IMG/VR virus record: IMGVR_UViG_3300033512_000027
Location: 1-41,060 of that record
Length of the DNA: 41,060 bases
DNA from: a virus
Taxonomy: Duplodnaviria > Caudoviricetes
Direction: 5' to 3' (one strand)
The notes under the pieces were generated by a model. It saw nothing but the letters and a program-made list of their open reading frames with translations, had not been told where the DNA came from and ran no database searches. Positions 37,100 to 41,060 of the stretch are shown in pieces (position 1 is the stretch's first letter; each line of letters starts with the position of its first letter). Position numbers and translations under genes: made by a program.

Positions 37100-37103
37100 C
37101 AAT

Positions 37104-37171
37104 GGCGGGTGGAGTGGTCTCCAGGAAGGTCTCATAAGCCATCCTCACCAGTTCGATTCTGGTACCCGCTA
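37104..37171 (+). tRNA. tRNA-Met(CAT), atypical compact fold
   Basis: Loop CTCATAA; 68 nt; minimal D-arm; normal T-arm. Confidence 0.7.
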
Positions 37172-37211
37172 CACGAACTAACACTCCTTGGAAGTTAGTT
37201 CATAGGAGATT

Positions 37212-37282
37212 CAGGATAAAGCGTTATGGTTGCGTTCCCGACTTGGACTCGGGCGGTGTAGGTTCAATTCCTGCTATCCTGA
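37212..37282 (+). tRNA. tRNA-Pro(TGG)
   Basis: CCCGA CTTGGAC TCGGG arm; C1-G72. Confidence 0.9.
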
Positions 37283-37286
37283 CTAT

Positions 37287-37359
37287 TGGTTGTTAGTTTA
37301 ATGGATTAGAACATACCCCTACGAAGGGTAAGATGTAGGTTCGATTCCTACACGACCAA
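37287..37359 (+). tRNA. tRNA-Arg(ACG)
   Basis: TACCC CTACGAA GGGTA arm. Confidence 0.9.
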
Positions 37360-37364
37360 CAAGT

Positions 37365-37435
37365 GCTATGTTAGCCAAGAGGAAAGGCATCTTCCTGCAA
37401 AGTTGACATCATAGGTTCGATTCCTATACATAGCT
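37365..37435 (+). tRNA. tRNA-Cys(GCA)
   Basis: Loop CTGCAAA; U discriminator; two U-U pairs in the anticodon stem. Confidence 0.8.
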
Positions 37436-37439
37436 CATT

Positions 37440-37510
37440 GGGACCATAGTTTAATGGTAGAACATTCCGTTGTCTGCGGAATTGTCGGAGTTCGATTCTC
37501 CGTAGTCCCG
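37440..37510 (+). tRNA. tRNA-Asp(GTC)
   Basis: TTCCG TTGTCTG CGGAA arm; G discriminator. Confidence 0.88.
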
Positions 37511-37714
37511 CAAATGAAAAGAGATAAAAAAGTCTCGAAGTAGTTAATTTGAATGGATTGATTATCCACAGTCGCCTATAAGGTGTAACGCAATCAAATG
37601 AATCACAAGAACAAAAAAAACAAGAAGAAGAAAGTAAAAAGGATTTTAAAAATGTCTGGTTGGGGAAAAGGAGCCAATAGACAAAATAAGATTTATTATG
37701 GTTTCGATAAATAT

Positions 37715-37786
37715 GTGGATTTGGTGTAAGTAGCAGCACGTTCCCCCGTGAAGGGATTAGATTGGGTGCAAGTCCCTTAGTCCGCA
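37715..37786 (+). tRNA. tRNA-His(GTG), non-canonical
   Basis: Loop CCGTGAA; T-loop TGCAAGT; no G-1; A discriminator. Confidence 0.7.
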
Positions 37787-37790
37787 CAAT

Positions 37791-37864
37791 GTTTCATTAG
37801 CATAAAAGTAATGCACAGGATTGAAACCCCTGACAACGTGGAGCATTACCACGATGGAACACCA
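37791..37864 (+). tRNA. tRNA-Phe(GAA)
   Basis: Loop TTGAAAC; atypical T-loop AGCATTA; encoded CCA. Confidence 0.8.
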
Positions 37865-37899
37865 AGGAGTAGTTTAACCGCCTTTTACTACTCCTAACC

Positions 37900-37970
37900 A
37901 GGAGATTAGTTTAATGGCAGAATGACTGACTTATACCTAGCCGACAGAGGTTCGATTCCTCTATCTCCTA
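37900..37970 (+). tRNA. tRNA-Ile(TAT)
   Basis: Perfect acceptor and T stems; loop CTTATAC; weak anticodon stem with two A-C pairs. Confidence 0.7.
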
Positions 37971-37971
37971 C

Positions 37972-38045
37972 CCGCAATTAGTTTAATGGTAGAATAAGCG
38001 ACCGATACTCGCTTGATGGAAGTTCAATTCTTTCATTGCGGACCA
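37972..38045 (+). tRNA. tRNA-Ile(GAT)
   Basis: AGCGA CCGATAC TCGCT arm; encoded CCA. Confidence 0.85.
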
Positions 38046-38046
38046 T

Positions 38047-38117
38047 GACTGTATCGACTAGTGGTAGGTCGTCACCCTTTCAAGGTGGAGGTTCGGGGTC
38101 AGTACCCGATACGGTTA
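38047..38117 (+). tRNA. tRNA-Glu(TTC)
   Basis: TCACC CTTTCAA GGTGG arm; atypical T-loop GTCAGTA. Confidence 0.8.
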
Positions 38118-38121
38118 CTAT

Positions 38122-38193
38122 GGAGGGTTAGTACAACAGATAGTATAGGGTCGTTCTAAGGCTTTGATGAGGGTGCAACTCCTTCACCCTTCA
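38122..38193 (+). tRNA. tRNA-Arg(TCT)
   Basis: GGGTC GTTCTAA GGCTT arm; T-loop TGCAACT. Confidence 0.8.
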
Positions 38194-38197
38194 CAAT

Positions 38198-38268
38198 GCG
38201 AGATTGGTATATAGGTATTACAGGAGTTTTCCAAACTCTTAAAAAGGGTTCGAGTCCCTTATGTCGCA
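38198..38268 (+). tRNA. tRNA-Gly(TCC)
   Basis: GGAGT TTTCCAA ACTCT arm; A discriminator. Confidence 0.85.
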
Positions 38269-38272
38269 CATT

Positions 38273-38346
38273 CCGCTTATAGCCCAACTGGTAGAGGCAA
38301 TGGATTTAAACCCCATTAAGTGATAGTTCGAATCTATCTAGGCGGA
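38273..38346 (+). tRNA. tRNA-Leu(TAA), short variable region
   Basis: Loop TTTAAAC; Leu-type D-loop; 5-nt variable region. Confidence 0.85.
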
Positions 38347-38396
38347 CAAGGGTGCGTGAGAGCTATCTGAAATAGAGATGTGCGAACACCCACTTT

Positions 38397-38470
38397 CGGC
38401 TGGTAGCCCAACTGGTAGAGGCAATCGCCTCAAAAGCGATAAAGTGTGAGTTCGAATCTCACCTAGCCGA
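38397..38470 (+). tRNA. tRNA-Leu(CAA), short variable region
   Basis: ATCGC CTCAAAA GCGAT arm; 5-nt variable region. Confidence 0.88.
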
Positions 38471-38474
38471 CAAT

Positions 38475-38558
38475 GCGGATATGGGGAAATTGGTAGACCC
38501 GCTTGCCTTAGAAGCAAGTTCCCGAAAGGGAGTACAGGTTCGAGTCCTGTTATCCGCA
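38475..38558 (+). tRNA. tRNA-Leu(TAG)
   Basis: CTTGC CTTAGAA GCAAG arm; long variable arm TCCC GAAA GGGA. Confidence 0.92.
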
Positions 38559-38562
38559 CAAT

Positions 38563-38636
38563 GGGGAGATAGTGTAAATGGCAAACACGACAAGTTCCAA
38601 CCTTGTTAGTCTCGGTTCGAATCCGAGTCTCCGCCG
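38563..38636 (+). tRNA. tRNA-Trp(CCA)
   Basis: ACAAG TTCCAAC CTTGT arm; irregular top of the acceptor stem. Confidence 0.82.
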
Positions 38637-38640
38637 CAAT

Positions 38641-38724
38641 GGTAGTTTGCGTGAATGGCTATACGAGCAGTTTACTAAACTGTCAGGCGTAAAAGCCTTG
38701 TAGGTTCGAATCCTACAGCTACCG
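38641..38724 (+). tRNA. tRNA-Ser(ACT)
   Basis: GCAGT TTACTAA ACTGT arm; long variable arm AGGC GTAAAA GCCT; G discriminator. Confidence 0.85.
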
Positions 38725-38728
38725 CAAT

Positions 38729-38813
38729 GGATGGTTACAAAGGTAATGGTACCCCTCTCGTCTTGAAAACGGGTCCCGTAAAAGGGATGTTAGTTCGAGT
38801 CTAACACTATCCG
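38729..38813 (+). tRNA. tRNA-Ser(TGA)
   Basis: CTCGT CTTGAAA ACGGG arm; long variable arm; G discriminator. Confidence 0.88.
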
Positions 38814-38849
38814 CAAATAATTAGTTCTTTAAACTTTAATATTATAGTT

Positions 38850-39023
38850 ATGAAAAAAGGAGATTTTATTACTAAGAACTCTCTCTTTGAAAAGGGATTC
38901 GAGTTTACTTGTTACTTTGCTGGTTATCACGTTTACAAAACAGTTGAAGATAACCATATCCTCTATGTATTCCATGATTACATTAAACAAGAAGTTGTTT
39001 CAACACTCACCTCAAATCAGTAA
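38850..39023 (+). CDS. small hypothetical protein
   Basis: Not in the ORF track; 57 aa MKKGDFITKNSLFEKGFEFTCYFAGYHVYK..., ends 3 bp before the next gene. Confidence 0.6.
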   Translation: MKKGDFITKNSLFEKGFEFTCYFAGYHVYKTVEDNHILYVFHDYIKQEVVSTLTSNQ

Positions 39024-39026
39024 CTT

Positions 39027-39224
39027 ATGGCTAAGAGTAAGCATCACAGAAAGTGCAAGTCCAATGGTGGGACACGTGCTAGGAGAAATATCTCTATAGT
39101 GAAACAAACTTTACACCAAGCATTCCACAACCTATTTGCTAACGCAGATACATTTGGAATCGCACAAATATTAAACGACACCTGGATTGACCCTGACTAC
39201 ATTCTCATTGTAAAAAGGAAATAA
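39027..39224 (+). CDS. minimal HNH-like protein
   Basis: HHRKCKSNGG...NIS.V...HQAFH pattern. Confidence 0.6.
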   Translation: MAKSKHHRKCKSNGGTRARRNISIVKQTLHQAFHNLFANADTFGIAQILNDTWIDPDYILIVKRK

Positions 39225-39238
39225 TCCCTAATACTACT

Positions 39239-39263
39239 AAAGTCTTCTTCGGAGGACTTTTTT
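39239..39263 (+). terminator. intrinsic terminator closing the tRNA operon
   Basis: AAAGTCTTC TTCG GAGGACTTT plus T tract; UUCG tetraloop. Confidence 0.85.
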
Positions 39264-39265
39264 AG

Positions 39266-39312
39266 TTATCCACAGGTAAACACTTGACTTTTATCTTTTA
39301 ATATGCTATAAT
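39266..39312 (+). promoter_or_regulatory. DnaA box plus sigma70 promoter
   Basis: TTATCCACA, 9 bp, TTGACT-17-TATAAT with extended TG. Confidence 0.85.
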
Positions 39313-39318
39313 AGATGT

Positions 39319-39456
39319 ATGACAAAATTAAAAGATAATAAGAGTGAGTTTATAATCGTTCGTGTGACGATTGCCGAAAAACAGGAAGCAATAAAAGCTG
39401 CCAAAGATTCGAAAAATTTATCAACCTGGGCTAGACGTAAGTTAGGATTTAAATAA
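39319..39456 (+). CDS. ribbon-helix-helix DNA-binding protein
   Basis: Not in the ORF track; 45 aa MTKLKDNKSEFIIVRVTIAEKQEAIKAAKDSKNLSTWARRKLGFK. Confidence 0.7.
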   Translation: MTKLKDNKSEFIIVRVTIAEKQEAIKAAKDSKNLSTWARRKLGFK

Positions 39457-39457
39457 T

Positions 39458-39763
39458 ATGGAAAAATGGCAAGTTAAATTAATTGATAGTCCTATGGTGT
39501 TTGGTACAGATTTAATAATCTATCGTAGACATCTAGGAAAGGTTTATATTTACAAAGACAACATTGTACAAGAAATACCAGAAGGTCAAGCTTATAATAA
39601 AAATGATGTAACTCTTCACTTAGAACCAGAAATGTTACAAGACCTAATGGATGCTTTACATAATATGAATGTAAAACCAACAGAAGCAAAAAAGACAGAA
39701 GGATTATTAGAAGCTCAAACCGCACACTTACAAGATTTGAGAAAGTTATTAAAATTAAAATAA
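39458..39763 (+). CDS. hypothetical protein
   Basis: 101 aa; C-terminal AQTAHLQDLRKLL. Confidence 0.7.
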   Translation: MEKWQVKLIDSPMVFGTDLIIYRRHLGKVYIYKDNIVQEIPEGQAYNKNDVTLHLEPEMLQDLMDALHNMNVKPTEAKKTEGLLEAQTAHLQDLRKLLKLK

Positions 39764-39764
39764 T

Positions 39765-40061
39765 ATGGATTCAGAAAAAGATATATTTGGTAATGTTATA
39801 AAAGTAGGAGATTTCGTTGCTTATGCCGTAGCAGCTAGGTCAGCTCCTCTTTGTTATGGGAGAGTTCTAAAAATTTCCAATGAAGGTAGTATAAAATATT
39901 TTCACATAAGAGGAATTTATGAAGATTGGGAATGGACAGGTAAAGAAAGAAAAATTATTGGTTATAAATTAAATGGTAAACCTGGAAGAGTTCTCGGTGG
40001 AAATAGATTACTTGTTGTGAATGATAAGATGCCTGATGATATGAAAAAGTTGTATGATTAA
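39765..40061 (+). CDS. SH3-like hypothetical protein
   Basis: KDIFGNVIKVGDFVAY. Confidence 0.65.
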   Translation: MDSEKDIFGNVIKVGDFVAYAVAARSAPLCYGRVLKISNEGSIKYFHIRGIYEDWEWTGKERKIIGYKLNGKPGRVLGGNRLLVVNDKMPDDMKKLYD

Positions 40062-40437
40062 ATTAACATTCCCAATCTATTATGTACAAGAATTTAAAAC
40101 TAAGCCTAGTAAAACATTTCTTGTTGGACTTAATTGGTATCGTAATGCTCATCACATGCTATCTAATAAAGTTAAAGCCCATTACCATGAACTGGTTCTC
40201 GAACAAGTATTAGGAAGAAGATTTGGTAAAGTAAAATTACATTATAAAGTTTATGCAGGTCGTAATGGTACTGATGGACATAACATTAGGGCTGTAATGG
40301 AAAAGTTTATATGTGATGGATTAGTAGAGTGCGGTGCATTAGAAGATGACAGTATTGAGTTTCTTAAAGGAGATACAAGTGAATATTTTATTGATAAATT
40401 AAATCCTCGTATTGAGGTTGAAATAGAATTATTGTAA
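40054..40437 (+). CDS. rusA: RusA-like Holliday junction resolvase
   Basis: DGHN...KFICDGLV...LEDDS...PRIEVEI. Confidence 0.8.
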   Translation: MIKLTFPIYYVQEFKTKPSKTFLVGLNWYRNAHHMLSNKVKAHYHELVLEQVLGRRFGKVKLHYKVYAGRNGTDGHNIRAVMEKFICDGLVECGALEDDSIEFLKGDTSEYFIDKLNPRIEVEIELL

Positions 40438-40703
40438 TGAAAATACCAAGCAAACTAAAAATAGGAGGACATGTATTTAAGGTAGTAGTAGGAGATTGCG
40501 AAACTATGGGTCAAACAAACTTTAATAAGAGTATAATTACTATATCAGATGACCTACCAAAGGACCAACAAGAATCAACTCTTATCCATGAGATAATGCA
40601 TACGTTAAACACAACATGGGGAGCAAGAGAACATTCATTATTAGATTCATTATCAGAACAGATTTACCAAGTGTTGTCTGACAATAAGATGTTGAGAAAA
40701 TAA
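40437..40703 (+). CDS. small zinc metallopeptidase-like protein
   Basis: STLIHEIMH (HExxH) with preceding beta strands. Confidence 0.75.
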   Translation: MKIPSKLKIGGHVFKVVVGDCETMGQTNFNKSIITISDDLPKDQQESTLIHEIMHTLNTTWGAREHSLLDSLSEQIYQVLSDNKMLRK

Positions 40704-40704
40704 G

Positions 40705-40899
40705 ATGATTAAGAATTTATTTGATAGTATAAAATTTAAGAACCCAGAACTCGGAGATTACATAATTCTATGTATGGCTATACAAGGTAAAAAGTATAGT
40801 CAAGCAATGATTAGGAAAGCTTTTCTTCAATTAGTATCAAAAGACGAGTATGACGCATCTGAGAAAGACGACTATATAAAATACCTCTATACAGTATAA
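40705..40899 (+). CDS. hypothetical protein
   Basis: 64 aa; last plus-strand gene before the terminator. Confidence 0.6.
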   Translation: MIKNLFDSIKFKNPELGDYIILCMAIQGKKYSQAMIRKAFLQLVSKDEYDASEKDDYIKYLYTV

Positions 40900-40913
40900 G
40901 GCTCAGAATTGAC

Positions 40914-40951
40914 AACACCCCCCAGATTTGCTCTAGGAGGTGTTTTTCTTT
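40914..40951 (+). terminator. terminator between the convergent early and late arms
   Basis: AACACC..AGA / TCT..GGTGTT hairpin followed by a T-rich tract. Confidence 0.65.
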
Positions 40952-40971
40952 GTAAAGTGATGTATTGATAA

Positions 40972-41060
40972 CTAATAAAGCCAAATAACTTTCTGTGGCT
41001 TAGTTTTGTCTATATCGAAGTGTAAATAAGTGCCTGCAATTCCAATTCTTGATATACCAT
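40972..41060 (-). CDS. C-terminus of a peptidase M15A-like endolysin (partial)
   Basis: Manual translation ...GISRIGIAGTYLHFDIDKTKPQKVIWLY*, matching the RIGI..xxHxD C-terminus of that family. Confidence 0.75.
   Translation of the reverse strand, partial: GISRIGIAGTYLHFDIDKTKPQKVIWLY

Noticed and set aside
36219-38559. Minus-strand ORFs over the array (36219, 36308, 36677, 37371, 38338)
   Set aside because: Antisense shadows of tRNA genes.
38887-39099. Track ORF of 70 aa
   Set aside because: It overlaps two better-packed ORFs (38850-39023 and 39027-39224) in other frames.
335-40899. Stop-codon reassignment (TAG or TGA)
   Set aside because: Genes are full length and densely packed in code 11; Trp tRNA is CCA; no canonical suppressor tRNA in the array.

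Overview
This window is most of the genome of an AT-rich, short-tailed (podovirus-like) dsDNA phage that uses the standard genetic code. The minus strand (1-21.3 kb) is the virion operon: terminase subunits, portal, scaffold, major capsid, tail tube proteins, fibres and ejection proteins. A peptidase-M15-like endolysin C-terminus enters at the far right end, so the late operon probably wraps around. A non-coding control region (21.3-22.2 kb) holds back-to-back consensus sigma70 promoters separated by tandem DnaA boxes. The plus strand (22.2-40.9 kb) carries small early genes, a T4 Pnk-like kinase/phosphatase next to an Rnl2-like RNA ligase, replication genes, HNH nucleases and a 2.5-kb RNA array. 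Read by hand, the array holds 26 tRNAs covering all 20 amino acids, including rare Ser(ACT), Ile(TAT) and short-variable-arm Leu tRNAs. The most striking element is a 77-nt RNA inside the array (36585-36661) that matches the tRNA-like domain of tmRNA but has no mRNA-like domain (a mini-tmRNA). Several other unannotated structured RNAs are present. Consensus promoters, no obvious Shine-Dalgarno sites and scattered DnaA boxes suggest a Patescibacteria/CPR-like host, which is inference only. Protein calls come from motif recognition and gene order, and RNA structures were folded by eye; no database searches were run.
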